Under the pieces are notes generated by a model. The model ran no database searches. It was given only the letters and a program-made list of their open reading frames with translations, and was not told where the DNA came from. Source: an uncultured delta proteobacterium (GTDB lineage Bacteria; Desulfobacterota; Desulfobacteria; Desulfobacterales; B30-G6). From it: 64,000 bases of DNA. The stretch is from contig CAWGLD010000004.1 of assembly GCA_963823335.1 (NCBI GenBank), positions 384,001 to 448,000 of the forward strand, written 5' to 3'. This document shows positions 49,982-60,542 of this stretch, one piece after another (within the stretch, counting starts at the first letter, position 1; the number at the start of each line of letters is the position of its first letter). The position numbers and the translations under genes are program-made.

Positions 49982-50806
49982 ATGCTGTACCCCGACAAAG
50001 CTTACGGGCAACAGGCGCATGGCCGTACCCGTGTACCCGTTATCTTGCGGGTCCTGTTGCTCGCCGTTTTTCTGGGTGTCTCGGGTCTGCCGGATCCGGT
50101 AGCTGCTGAAACAACGATTCTGAAAAAGCTCCGTGTGGGTGACCATGGCGCCTATACCCGGGTTGTGTTTGAATTCTCGGCGCCGGTTCAATATCAGCTT
50201 TCCGAAACCGATTCCACTTCCATCGTTTCCATACGGTTCCTGGATACAGCATCTCAGCTGACGGGCACACCCGTGCCGGACGCACCGGACTGTATCGACG
50301 CTGTATCGACGTTACAGGATGGAAGCGACACCATTGCCAACATCTCATTCGCCCCAAAAGGGTTCAAACTAAATCCGTTCACGGTCCAGGGCCCGGACAG
50401 GATGGTGTTGGATGTGTTTTGTGAAGCAGTACCGGTGGCACCCGTCGCGCTGACCGAGCCCCGGGATATGGCACCATCACCAATTGCTGTCGCAGAACCC
50501 GCTATGGAAAAGCCGGTGTCAACACCTCCATCGATCAAACAAGCACAACCGCCTGAAAAAGGGGACCTGATTGCCAAAAAACAGGAACCCTCTTCCAAAA
50601 GGGATAATTCCCAGAAATATCTGCTCCTGATTCTGGCGGCAATTACAGGCATTATCGTTCTCTTGATCGCACTGATCATTTTTCAAAAAAGAGGCCTTGC
50701 TGAAAGCCATTTGGCCAGGGACCCCGATACAACAAGGGAGACCGATGACAGGATGCATGCTATCGACACAAAAATCAAAGAAGAGCTTATGAAATATGAC
50801 CAATAA
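49982..50806 (+). CDS. Exported AMIN-like domain, Pro-rich linker and TM anchor
   Basis: Signal peptide; LRVGDHGAYTRVVFEF and GPDRMVLDV; TM LLLILAAITGIIVLLIALIIF. Confidence 0.7.
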   Translation: MLYPDKAYGQQAHGRTRVPVILRVLLLAVFLGVSGLPDPVAAETTILKKLRVGDHGAYTRVVFEFSAPVQYQLSETDSTSIVSIRFLDTASQLTGTPVPDAPDCIDAVSTLQDGSDTIANISFAPKGFKLNPFTVQGPDRMVLDVFCEAVPVAPVALTEPRDMAPSPIAVAEPAMEKPVSTPPSIKQAQPPEKGDLIAKKQEPSSKRDNSQKYLLLILAAITGIIVLLIALIIFQKRGLAESHLARDPDTTRETDDRMHAIDTKIKEELMKYDQ

Positions 50807-51080
50807 AAACGCAAAAGAAATCGATTTCAGTCTTTCGGATGAAGAAAAAGACGATCTCGATCAGATGATACATGATTTTAATCGAGAGCGAAGCACGCTT
50901 CTGGAAAATCCGAACCCGGAAGATCAGCTGAAAGTCATCAAAGATCGATTCGACCAGCTCGGAGATGTCATTCTTAAAATAAATGATCGGGTCGATTCGT
51001 TGTATGAGATCGTGCGGCTCATGCATCAAAAAAGCGAAATACTCAATGCCCGGATCGATGAAATAAGGGATGCCCTGTAG
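50796..51080 (+). CDS. Small acidic coiled-coil protein
   Basis: Overlaps the previous gene by 11 nt; heptad pattern. Confidence 0.65.
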   Translation: MTNKNAKEIDFSLSDEEKDDLDQMIHDFNRERSTLLENPNPEDQLKVIKDRFDQLGDVILKINDRVDSLYEIVRLMHQKSEILNARIDEIRDAL

Positions 51081-51141
51081 ATACAATCGCAATACAAAGC
51101 ATTTTTGAGATGGGTTCTAAACAACACGTGGGGAGTCAACA

Positions 51142-52305
51142 TTGAATAGCCAAAATGAGAGCCAGAAAAACACCATTCAGAGGATTGTCGAAGGATCCCT
51201 GCGGCTGTCCACAGCAGAAGAATTTGAAAAGCTGATTGAGCAGTTCGATGACAACGCAGACATCCACAGGGAATACGCGGATTTTCTCGCCCAGAAAAAA
51301 GAGACCGATGCTGCCTATCAGGAATACAACAGGACAGCCGATCTTTTCATTCAAGCCAACAAAGCCCTTCAGGCAATCGTTGCCAGGATCCGGGCATGGA
51401 GCATTGTCAAGCCCAATCATGAGCAAGGGCGATCCTTCCATGCAGCCATTCGGAAAACAGCTCCGGGTGAATCACCTCTGCAAACATTTTTTGCCGAAAT
51501 GTCCTACCCCGAATTTATCGGCATCATGTTGAGAATGATTCGTGTCCGATTCCCGGCCGATCAGTTCGTCATCAAGTATGGCGATCCCGGTAACGACATC
51601 TACTTTATCGTTTCGGGTACGATCGAAGAGAGAACACATATACCTGCGAACAAACGGGGCGCATTGTCCAGTACCTCCATCAAGTTTCTATCCGATAATG
51701 ATATTTTTGGCGAAGTCTTTCCCCTGGAACAGTTCAATGTTTCCAAATCGGATATCAAGACCCTCACGGCTGTGGAACTCGTTAAAATAAAAAAACCGAT
51801 TCTGACGGATATCCTTAAAAAACATAAAGGCATCGAGAAACTTCTCGAAAATCTTTACAAAGGCCCCTCCGGAGACGCCAAAGGAAGAGCCTGGACAAGT
51901 GTCAGACGTTCCGTCAGACATGAAATCCCCATTAAGATCAATCTGAAAATATTTCTGTCGGACAATAAAACCGGACTCGATTCGGTGGGGTATACTAGGG
52001 ACATATCACTGGGAGGCGCCTGCATCGAATTAACAGAAAAGCACTGGGGAGCTAAACAGGAAACGGTGATAGATTCGGACGCGATGTTACACATCTATCT
52101 ACCCAATGTCGACGAAACCCTCGAAATTATGGGAACCGTTCTCTGGATTAGAAAAGATACGCAAGGAGACAAGGACCTGTCGCTCATCGGTATTCAGTTT
52201 AAAACATTGTCTGATGCCGACAGAGACTTTCTGAATGAATACTGTTTCGGGAGCGATGGAGAGCAAAATCTGATTTGGGACTTGTGGGAAACATATGTTA
52301 AATAA
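51142..52305 (+). CDS. TPR-like + cNMP-binding-like + PilZ domain protein
   Basis: GDPGNDIYFIVSG...DIFGE; RRSVR; DISLGG. Confidence 0.85.
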   Translation: MNSQNESQKNTIQRIVEGSLRLSTAEEFEKLIEQFDDNADIHREYADFLAQKKETDAAYQEYNRTADLFIQANKALQAIVARIRAWSIVKPNHEQGRSFHAAIRKTAPGESPLQTFFAEMSYPEFIGIMLRMIRVRFPADQFVIKYGDPGNDIYFIVSGTIEERTHIPANKRGALSSTSIKFLSDNDIFGEVFPLEQFNVSKSDIKTLTAVELVKIKKPILTDILKKHKGIEKLLENLYKGPSGDAKGRAWTSVRRSVRHEIPIKINLKIFLSDNKTGLDSVGYTRDISLGGACIELTEKHWGAKQETVIDSDAMLHIYLPNVDETLEIMGTVLWIRKDTQGDKDLSLIGIQFKTLSDADRDFLNEYCFGSDGEQNLIWDLWETYVK

Positions 52306-52356
52306 AATCGTTGCACGATTTTATAGAACGCGACGTTGTCGCTCTACAGCGAAAGG

Positions 52357-53286
52357 ATGACTGTGAAAGAAGCGAACAATCTCAATCAAAAACCGGGCCC
52401 GACAATTTGGGCTGTCGGTGGTGGCAAGGGAGGCGTGGGAAAGAGTGTCATCAGCACGCTGCTTGGTTTCTGGCTCTCTCAGATGGGCAAACGGACTGTC
52501 CTGATCGATGTCGATTTTGGCGGGGCGAATCTCCACACCATGCTGGGGATAAAGAGCCCACCAAAAACCATCAATGACTTCATCACCAAGAAATATGATC
52601 GGCTTGAGGATATCTGCATCGAAACGGGTATCAAGAACCTGCGATTGTTGAGTGGTGCCAGTGAAATTCTGTCTTTGGCCAATCTCCAGTTCGCCCAGAA
52701 AATAAAAATCATGCAAAGTATTTCGCAACTGGACACCGAATTCGCCATACTCGATTTAGGTTCGGGCACATCTTACAATGTTCTCGATTTTTTTCTTATG
52801 GCCCACAGGAAGATCGTTGTGTTGACACCTCAGCCAATTTCTATTCAGAATGCCTATGCCTTTGTCAGAAATGCTGTGTATCGCAAATTGAGCAGGTTAA
52901 GCAGCCAGAAACCAGCCCTTCTTGCTACGATTAAAACGGCGATGGATCCTAAAAACGAGATGAATGTCCGGACCGTGAAGGATCTTCTCAATGCCGTAAA
53001 GGAAAACAACAGCGAAGAAGATATGAATCTGCTCAGCCAGGAGATCACTGAAATCCGTCCGGCCCTGGTGACCAACATGACAAAAAGCCCCAGAGACAAG
53101 GAGGCCGGACGGATCATTCAACTCGTTTCACAAAAGTATCTGATGATTCACCCAACAATTTTAGGAAGTATCATGCGCGACAATCAGATAGACAATATGA
53201 TATCCGGTATGTCTCCCCTGACCACCATCGACCGATCCTGCGAAGCCATTGCAGGGGTGTACAATATCGTCACCGACCTGATATAG
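52357..53286 (+). CDS. MinD/FlhG(FleN)-like ATPase
   Basis: GGGKGGVGKS, DVDFGGANLH, ILDLGSG. Confidence 0.88.
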   Translation: MTVKEANNLNQKPGPTIWAVGGGKGGVGKSVISTLLGFWLSQMGKRTVLIDVDFGGANLHTMLGIKSPPKTINDFITKKYDRLEDICIETGIKNLRLLSGASEILSLANLQFAQKIKIMQSISQLDTEFAILDLGSGTSYNVLDFFLMAHRKIVVLTPQPISIQNAYAFVRNAVYRKLSRLSSQKPALLATIKTAMDPKNEMNVRTVKDLLNAVKENNSEEDMNLLSQEITEIRPALVTNMTKSPRDKEAGRIIQLVSQKYLMIHPTILGSIMRDNQIDNMISGMSPLTTIDRSCEAIAGVYNIVTDLI

Positions 53287-53299
53287 GGAAAAAACTTTT

Positions 53300-54463
53300 T
53301 TGGAATTTCAAACTGTAGATAAACGAAGCATTTTGAACAGACTCGCTGACGGATCATTGAGTCTTACATCCGAAAAGGAGTATCAGGATCTGATGTCTCT
53401 TTTTCCAGACAAGGGTGAAATTTCCAGAACTTATGGCGATTTTCTGTCAGAGCGAGAAAAAAAGAACGAAGCTTTCCGAAATTATACCCATGCCGCCCGG
53501 CTTTTCCTGGGTGAAGGTAAGACATGTCAGGCCATTGTCTCAAAAATACTGGCCTGGCGTATTTTCAAACCCACCCATGCAGAAGGCCGTGCTTTTCATT
53601 CAGCACTACAGACCAGTATCAAAGAGGAGTCTCCTCTCTGCCATCTTTTTACCAACATTGACTACCAGGAGCTCATCGCCCTCATGCTGAGACTGGTAAG
53701 AGTGCAGTTCCCTGCCGGCCAGACAATCATCCGTAGCGGCCAGACCTGTGGGGATATTTTCTTTGTCGTTTCAGGTACACTCGAGGAAAAAGTCGCCCAG
53801 CCGGTCAGCGCAAAGGAAAACAGATCGGAACCATTGACGCAGCAACTTTTCGACAATGATATTTTCGGTGATATTTTCCCTATTCACAAAAATACGACAT
53901 CCCTATCGGATATCAACACACTCACTCCGGTAGAAGTGGTCAAGATCGGCAAAGCCGCCCTGGTTGAAGCCTGTCAAAAGTATCCCCGTCTGCAACAACT
54001 CTTGATAAAGCTGTACAAAGGCCCTCCCAGCAGGAAATATGGGCGATCATGGCCAAGCGTCCGCCGTTCAACCCGGCATGACAACCCGGTTCGTGCTACG
54101 GTAATGCTGGCCCTGCGCAAGGGAGACGCTACCCGGATCGCTTTCGAAGGCATGAGTCGGGACATCTCGTTGGGTGGTGCCTGTATTGACCTGGGGCTGA
54201 AATATGGTTCCCTGCGCACGGAAACCCTGGCCAATACCAAGTCGATCGTGGAAATCAAGCTGCCTTCCGGCGAGGGCATTTCCATTCCGGGCTGGATAGC
54301 CTGGAGCAAAAAAATAGAAGAGCCCGGCGGCACCAGCATCATCGCCGGCATCAAATTTGAACCATTATCCAACGAGGCACGGGATTTTCTGAAAGTCTAT
54401 TGTTTTGGATATGAAAGTGAAGAGAGTTTGATGTGGGGGTTGTGGGAAGACTACCTCTCCTGA
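53300..54463 (+). CDS. Paralogous TPR-like + cNMP-binding-like + PilZ protein
   Basis: Same length (387 aa) and motifs as 51142-52305; RRSTR, DISLGG. Confidence 0.85.
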   Translation: MEFQTVDKRSILNRLADGSLSLTSEKEYQDLMSLFPDKGEISRTYGDFLSEREKKNEAFRNYTHAARLFLGEGKTCQAIVSKILAWRIFKPTHAEGRAFHSALQTSIKEESPLCHLFTNIDYQELIALMLRLVRVQFPAGQTIIRSGQTCGDIFFVVSGTLEEKVAQPVSAKENRSEPLTQQLFDNDIFGDIFPIHKNTTSLSDINTLTPVEVVKIGKAALVEACQKYPRLQQLLIKLYKGPPSRKYGRSWPSVRRSTRHDNPVRATVMLALRKGDATRIAFEGMSRDISLGGACIDLGLKYGSLRTETLANTKSIVEIKLPSGEGISIPGWIAWSKKIEEPGGTSIIAGIKFEPLSNEARDFLKVYCFGYESEESLMWGLWEDYLS

Positions 54464-54574
54464 GTTTTAAGGGGCGATCTTACCCCATCCGCGGCGTTGC
54501 GAACCATTCGCAGTAGCGAACTACAGCTTCATGGCCCGGCGCCTTGCGGATGAGGCAACCTCGCCCCTTAAAAC
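54464..54574. mobile_element. 111-bp ERIC-like MITE
   Basis: Perfect 14-bp TIR GTTTTAAGGGGCGA / TCGCCCCTTAAAAC. Confidence 0.8.
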
Positions 54575-54575
54575 A

Positions 54576-54717
54576 TTGAAGAACCTCGCAGCAAGCTACG
54601 AGGAATCTTCGACCGTAAGGAAGGCTGTCTAATCTAGATTCGCTCGCTAACCCCGCAGCATGCGAAGCACTGCCGAACGGCAGAACCTACGGGGAATGCG
54701 CTCGCTTTTTCGGTTCA
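54576..54717. repeat. Longest copy of the CCCCGCAGCA...CGGGGAAT family
   Basis: Left half resembles 22076-22112; right half matches 257-333. Confidence 0.8.
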
Positions 54718-54752
54718 GGTTGTAGGGTAATGCTTCGGAAAATGGAGGGTGA

Positions 54753-54879
54753 AACCCAACCATTTTACAAATCTGATCGGTTCTGGCACAAGGCATTTCA
54801 GCCTGAAGCCATAGTGTTCTATTGCGATGGCTGAATAACGCGGTGCCTGGGCCGATCAGGCTTGTAAAATGGTTGGGTT
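54753..54879. mobile_element. 127-bp ERIC-like MITE (reverse orientation)
   Basis: Perfect 18-bp TIR AACCCAACCATTTTACAA / TTGTAAAATGGTTGGGTT. Confidence 0.82.
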
Positions 54880-55234
54880 AGTCGATGGGTAGGGTATCCT
54901 TGAATGTCTCGAAGCAGTTGCGAATGGATTCCTTTGTGTCAGGCATGAGACTTATATATTTACATCCGATGCCCCTTTTTCCCTGGCTGATCAGTTGGGC
55001 TTTGAAACGAATCGTGCTTTCTTCCGTTGGTAACATCATACTCACATCCACCAGGGTACCGAGTTTCAGCTTTTTGTTGGTAACCAGCTCGAAAAAGAAA
55101 CCTCCCAGGCTGATATCGGTCACCTTTACCACCTGATGAATTCCCCGGATAGTGGCTTTGCAGTGAAAAACAAGTCTCGGATGCTCCCGCCGCTCCAAGC
55201 CGCCGTTAGCATGGTTATTTTGAATATCGACCAT
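54878..55234 (-). CDS. Stand-alone PilZ domain protein
   Basis: ERREHPR, DISLGG. Confidence 0.85.
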   Translation of the reverse strand: MVDIQNNHANGGLERREHPRLVFHCKATIRGIHQVVKVTDISLGGFFFELVTNKKLKLGTLVDVSMMLPTEESTIRFKAQLISQGKRGIGCKYISLMPDTKESIRNCFETFKDTLPID

Positions 55235-55381
55235 ACCGATATGTATCCTCAATAAGAAATCGTTAAACGATTTTTGTGAAACGCCACGTTGTCGCTATTT
55301 GTACCTAATCTGAGTTCTCAAGTCAATACGGCAATCAAATTTCCAAAGACAATACGTTTGCTTTCGAGGTTCCCCGGCACA

Positions 55382-57496
55382 CTATCTGGCGGAATTTTCC
55401 GGCGTTATTTTTATGGCATTCAATACCAGCGTGATGGGTCGATCCTCCTCACTTTTACCTGCAAAGCGGATGGGGCCCGAACGCCGGTAGTCATCTTCTG
55501 TTGGACCGGCTGCAAGCCACTTCTCCCTGGATGCTTTGGCAGTCTGAAAGGCAGTCGACTGGATATCCACGACGCTCTTTTCGATTACGAGAGCCAGTTT
55601 GCCTTTGCGTTCCTCCAAGTGCATCAGCGGCGCAATGGGAATGCCGATGGGTTCCCATTCTGCAAAATCCTTCTCCAGGTTCTTGATACCTGCCATCTGG
55701 CCGGTACTTCCGTTGGCAATCAGGCTGAAAACAGTCAATCCCAGATTATAGGTGTAATTGCAATCAAACCGGGTAGGGTCGTTTCCCCGCCCGTCATAAC
55801 CGTAAAAATGGGCCTGGGTCTGGAATTTCGGAACCGATTTCTGGTATATTTTTTCTACGGGTGCGGGAATATCATCGGATTCCTTGACCAGACCCGCTTG
55901 CAGAAGCACCTGCTTGAGGGTTTTAATACTGATAATCGATTTCTCCACCATCAGAAACTTGTCGGCCGGGTAATTCCTGAAAATCGCCTTACCATAACGG
56001 TCTGGATCCAACCCGCCCTTGGCCATGCTTTTGCGGTACAAATCCTGGTGGATACCCACTTTGTAAGCCCCCTCTTCTTTCAGGATATTGAGGTAGTCCT
56101 TCACCAGGCCCATGACCACCTTGTCTGTCTCCACCTGCGAAAATTGGAAGTTTCCATGACTGTCCCGTTCCATCAAAAGACCCTCCTGGAAAAATTCCGG
56201 AATGTCATTGAACAGGTCGTCGTCCCTTCGATTCCACACGGCAGTGCCGCCCTCTTCTTCGGAACGACGCGCCAGACGTCTCAAAAATTCCAGTTTGTCT
56301 TCCAGAGCCGGATAAGCGCTATGAAAATCTGAATCGTGGGTCTGGTTGTAGTCTGCGATGATCGTGTTCAGTTTTATGATAAAAACCTGTATCTCGTTTA
56401 CAAACTCCAGAATACCTTCAGGTATCACGATAACACCGTAGTTCTTGCCGAAAGCGGCCCGCCGGACAATGCCGTCGCATATCACCCGGGAAAGGTGTCT
56501 GAGGGTCATGCCATAGGCATGGTAGTCTGTTTCCCCACTCTTTTCAGCTGCCTGTATTCGCTGATTATCTGTATAATCAGCCAGTTCTTCGCCGATGAGC
56601 GTTATGTTGGCGTGCGTCTGCAGGGCGACCTCGAGCGCTAGATGACTGGCTACCCGTCCCATGACCTTGCAGATGTGCCAGTATTTTACATCCGAACTGC
56701 TGTCGGTGCAAAGGTTGGCTACCGAGTTGGCAAAGGCCCTTGCCGCCGTATGAAAACCAAAGGACATGGCACACAGAACGTGCCCCTGGACGTCTTTGAC
56801 CTGAATATCACCGTCAATGGTTTTCGGAACCCCGATGACCTGAATATTGGCCTCAAACATCTCCTGGGCCAAAAACGCTGCATTGGTGTTTGAGTCGTCG
56901 CCCCCGACCACCACCAGGGCGCTCAGGTTCAACGCCTGGCATGTCTCTTTGGAAAGCGCCATCTTTTTGGGCGTGTCGATCTTTGTGCGACCAGTCTTGA
57001 TCATGGTGAACCCGCCCAGATTTCGATATTGGTTCACAAGATCGTCATCTATCTCGATGACATCATTTTCCACGATGCCTTCCGGCCCCAGCAGAAAACC
57101 GTAAACACTGTTTTCCGGATTCGCTTTTTTTGCTGCATCGTAAACCCCTGCAATGACATTATGACCACCCGGGGCAGGGCCACCGGAGAAGACAATACCG
57201 ATATTGCGCTGCTTGCTGTAAGATGCCGCAAGTGCTTTGTCTGGCTTGTTTTCGCCCACAACCTTCTGTACCACATTGCCGATGATGGCTGGCAGGCTTT
57301 TCTGGGCTTCCCTGTCGACATCGAATCGGTATGTGTCCTGGGAAATCAGTCGGGTGTATGGCTGCTGAAAAACCTTGCAAACAAGTGGTTTGTGGGCTCG
57401 CCGTTCGATCATTTCCTGGCTGTCACGACCGATAGCCTTTCTTATCTCCGGTTTATCCATCAGTTCGTCAACTGAAACGCCTTGTGAATCCTGCAT
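55382..57496 (-). CDS. pfp: Pyrophosphate-dependent 6-phosphofructokinase (long clade)
   Basis: SGGPAPGGHNVI, GGDDSNT, PKTIDGD, MGR; GGAGG RBS. Confidence 0.88.
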   Translation of the reverse strand: MQDSQGVSVDELMDKPEIRKAIGRDSQEMIERRAHKPLVCKVFQQPYTRLISQDTYRFDVDREAQKSLPAIIGNVVQKVVGENKPDKALAASYSKQRNIGIVFSGGPAPGGHNVIAGVYDAAKKANPENSVYGFLLGPEGIVENDVIEIDDDLVNQYRNLGGFTMIKTGRTKIDTPKKMALSKETCQALNLSALVVVGGDDSNTNAAFLAQEMFEANIQVIGVPKTIDGDIQVKDVQGHVLCAMSFGFHTAARAFANSVANLCTDSSSDVKYWHICKVMGRVASHLALEVALQTHANITLIGEELADYTDNQRIQAAEKSGETDYHAYGMTLRHLSRVICDGIVRRAAFGKNYGVIVIPEGILEFVNEIQVFIIKLNTIIADYNQTHDSDFHSAYPALEDKLEFLRRLARRSEEEGGTAVWNRRDDDLFNDIPEFFQEGLLMERDSHGNFQFSQVETDKVVMGLVKDYLNILKEEGAYKVGIHQDLYRKSMAKGGLDPDRYGKAIFRNYPADKFLMVEKSIISIKTLKQVLLQAGLVKESDDIPAPVEKIYQKSVPKFQTQAHFYGYDGRGNDPTRFDCNYTYNLGLTVFSLIANGSTGQMAGIKNLEKDFAEWEPIGIPIAPLMHLEERKGKLALVIEKSVVDIQSTAFQTAKASREKWLAAGPTEDDYRRSGPIRFAGKSEEDRPITLVLNAIKITPENSAR

Positions 57497-57828
57497 ACAT
57501 AACCTCCATTTTTCAATCTGGTTCATGGATAATTTGGTATTACGTATTTATGAGATGCAACTTCGTCACGCTAAAAAGGATCTCACTGATGGCTGATATT
57601 TGACGGCAGCCACGCAGAAACCATTACCGGTATTACGGAATGGGATAGTATCCGTTGAGAAGGGTTCCTGTCAAGGTGTTCATGCCAATCGTTTTAACAA
57701 AGAATCCTTTACTTTATCTATCGAATAATATATTTATTATTTTTACGCTGTTTCATTCTATTTTGGAGAAAACGCCTTGTGTGCGTTTAGTGGTATTGGA
57801 TAAAATACAAACAAAAGGGAGGCTAACA

Positions 57829-58656
57829 ATGAAAAAGGGTTTATTGTTCGGATTGGCTGTATTTCTGTTCGCAGGGATCTTTTTCTCAACAACAGCCATA
57901 GGCGCCGATATTGAACTGGCAAAAAAATCTCATATTGAAAAAATTCTTGAGAGAGGGGAGCTGAGGGTCGGTTTCGAATCCGGCTATGTGCCCTTTGAAA
58001 TGACGGATAAAAAAGGCAACTTTATCGGGTTTGACATGGACTTCGGCAGAAGACTTGCCAAATCCATGGGTGTAAAATTCGTACCCGTCAACACCGCATG
58101 GGACGGTATCATCCCCGCCCTCATGACCGATAAGTTCGATATTATTATGGGCGGCATGACCATTACCCAGGAAAGAAATCTCAAGATTCTTTTTGCGGAT
58201 CCTTACATTGTCGTGGGACAATCCATTCTGCTGAACAAAAAACATGAAGGAAAAGTTCTGTCCTACAAAGACCTCAATGATCCCAAGTTTATCCTGACAT
58301 CCAGGATGGGGACCACCGGTGAACAGGCCATAAAAAAACATATCCCCAACGCCACCTACAAAGGCTTTGAATCCGAAGCAGAGGCCGGTCTGGAAGTTAT
58401 CAACGGCAAGGCCGATGCCCTGGTCTACGATCTGCCCTTCTGTGGCTTCCTCTATGGCAGTCAAGGCAAAGGAAAAACCGTTTTCCTGAACGAGCCGTTC
58501 ACCTATGAGCCGCTGGCATGGGCCATCAACAAAGGCGATCCGGACTTTCTCAACTATCTGAACAATTTCCTGCGGCAATCCAAAGGCGATGGATTCTATG
58601 AACAAGTCTACAACAAGTGGATTATCGGTTCCGACTGGAAAAAAGAGCTCGAGTAA
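57829..58656 (+). CDS. Polar amino-acid ABC transporter substrate-binding protein
   Basis: Signal peptide; YVPFEM, GFDMD, GGMTITQER. Confidence 0.93.
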   Translation: MKKGLLFGLAVFLFAGIFFSTTAIGADIELAKKSHIEKILERGELRVGFESGYVPFEMTDKKGNFIGFDMDFGRRLAKSMGVKFVPVNTAWDGIIPALMTDKFDIIMGGMTITQERNLKILFADPYIVVGQSILLNKKHEGKVLSYKDLNDPKFILTSRMGTTGEQAIKKHIPNATYKGFESEAEAGLEVINGKADALVYDLPFCGFLYGSQGKGKTVFLNEPFTYEPLAWAINKGDPDFLNYLNNFLRQSKGDGFYEQVYNKWIIGSDWKKELE

Positions 58657-58801
58657 TCACCGAACCGTCAAAAATATCGACTAGCAGTAAACAGGCTGGC
58701 TATCTTCTTCCAATGGGTGGCTGGCCTGTTTTATAATTACCCCAATCAAATTAAAGCCGCCCTGCAAATTGGGACAGCTTATAGGTTTTAGAAAAGAAGC
58801 C

Positions 58802-59812
58802 ATGAACACACCCGGGAAAAATCAACTGACATTGAGACCCGCTTCCTACAATATGTGGGTGGGCGTCTTCGTCGTGTTTTTACTAATTGTGGCCGGCCTT
58901 TTTTATTATGCGACCCAGAAAATCGAATATGTCTGGCGCTGGAACCGCATGCCTATTTATTTCGCCTACAAAGACAAGGTTGAGACCAATTCCGAAATTG
59001 CAGGTGAAGTCGACAAGATTGTCAGCAACGGCAAGCAATCCATCGTGACGGTTAAAGGCGAAACGGAAACCGTTTCATACACGGTCCCCACTACAGGCTT
59101 AACGGTTGTCGAGGGGGAGATCATCTCTCTCCGAGACAATATCGGCTCACATGAAACATGGAAGCCTGGCCTGCTGCTGATCGGTCTGTGGCTGACGCTG
59201 AAGCTGAGCATCATGGCGACGATTTTTGGTGTTCTTATCGGTGTGGCAGGGGGCCTGGCAAGAATTTCATCCAATCCGGCCTTTAAATGGACAACCATCG
59301 TCTATGTCGAAATTATACGCGGGTCACCGTTGATGGTACAGATTCTCATCTGGTATTTTGTCCTCGGAACGGTTATCAACGATCTCCTTGCCACGTATGG
59401 CATGGGACGGATTTCTGCCTTCTGGTACGGTGTTGCTTCCCTGGCCTGCTTTGCCGGTGCCTATGTGACGGAAATTGTCAGGGCCGGTATACAATCCATT
59501 CATCGCGGCCAGACCGAAGCGGCCAGATCCCTGGGTATGAGCTATGCCCAGTGTCTGCGATACATAATTTTACCCCAGGCGCTCCGACGTATTCTGCCGC
59601 CCCTGGCGGGGCAATTTATCAGCCTCATCAAAGACTCGTCACTTTTAGGTATTATTGCCATTCGTGAATTGACCAAAGCAGGCAGAGAGGCTGTCTCAGC
59701 CAGTCTGCAGCCGTTTGAAATCTATCTGGTTGTAGCGGTGCTGTATCTGGTTTTGACCTTTTCCCTTTCCATGTTCGTTCAACACCTTGAGAGAAGGAGT
59801 GCCGTAAAGTGA
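58802..59812 (+). CDS. Polar amino-acid ABC transporter permease with extra loop domain
   Basis: [30 protein letters not shown]. Confidence 0.93.
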   Translation: MNTPGKNQLTLRPASYNMWVGVFVVFLLIVAGLFYYATQKIEYVWRWNRMPIYFAYKDKVETNSEIAGEVDKIVSNGKQSIVTVKGETETVSYTVPTTGLTVVEGEIISLRDNIGSHETWKPGLLLIGLWLTLKLSIMATIFGVLIGVAGGLARISSNPAFKWTTIVYVEIIRGSPLMVQILIWYFVLGTVINDLLATYGMGRISAFWYGVASLACFAGAYVTEIVRAGIQSIHRGQTEAARSLGMSYAQCLRYIILPQALRRILPPLAGQFISLIKDSSLLGIIAIRELTKAGREAVSASLQPFEIYLVVAVLYLVLTFSLSMFVQHLERRSAVK

Positions 59813-60540
59813 TTGACGTCCAAAATATTTACAAGACCTTCTTTGTGCCGCATGAAGTCAAAGCGCTCGTCAATGTATCCTGTCAAATCAAGGCCGGCGA
59901 AGTCGTGGTTGTCTGCGGGCCCTCCGGATCGGGCAAGAGCACCCTGTTACGATGCATGAACCGCCTTGAAAAAGCGGAAACAGGCCATATTGTCATTGAC
60001 GGTACCGACATTCTCAGCCCCAAGACCAACATCAATAAAGTCCGTGCCGAAGTGGGGATGGTCTTCCAGTCTTTCAATCTTTTCCCCCACAAGACCGTTT
60101 TTGAGAACGTTGCCCTGGCCCAGCTCGTGGTCCGCAAAAGATCCAAAAAAGACGCCCGCAAGAAAGCCGATTTTCTGCTCGATAAGGTCGGGATTACCGA
60201 CAAGGCAAAGGCCTATCCGGACAATCTCTCGGGCGGACAACAGCAGCGTGTGGCCATCGCCCGGGCTTTGGCCATGGACCCGAAGGTGATGCTGTTCGAC
60301 GAACCCACGTCGGCCCTGGACCCGGAAATGATCGGCGAGGTCCTGGATGTCATGAAAACACTGGCGCGAGAAGGCATGACCATGGTTGTGGTTACGCACG
60401 AGATGGGATTTGCCAAAGAAGTGGCAGACCGCGTCATATTTATGGACGCCGGTTCTGTGGTCGAAGTGGGTACACCCAAGCATTTTTTCGAAAACCCCGA
60501 GCACGATCGAACCAAACTGTTCTTGAGTCAGATACTCTAA
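59809..60540 (+). CDS. Polar amino-acid ABC transporter ATP-binding protein (GlnQ family)
   Basis: [26 protein letters not shown]. Confidence 0.95.
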   Translation: MIDVQNIYKTFFVPHEVKALVNVSCQIKAGEVVVVCGPSGSGKSTLLRCMNRLEKAETGHIVIDGTDILSPKTNINKVRAEVGMVFQSFNLFPHKTVFENVALAQLVVRKRSKKDARKKADFLLDKVGITDKAKAYPDNLSGGQQQRVAIARALAMDPKVMLFDEPTSALDPEMIGEVLDVMKTLAREGMTMVVVTHEMGFAKEVADRVIFMDAGSVVEVGTPKHFFENPEHDRTKLFLSQIL

Positions 60541-60542
60541 CC

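Noticed and set aside
55289-56332. 347-aa plus-strand ORF, and other long antisense ORFs such as 3063-4223
   Set aside because: Overlap well-supported genes on the opposite strand and show no motifs
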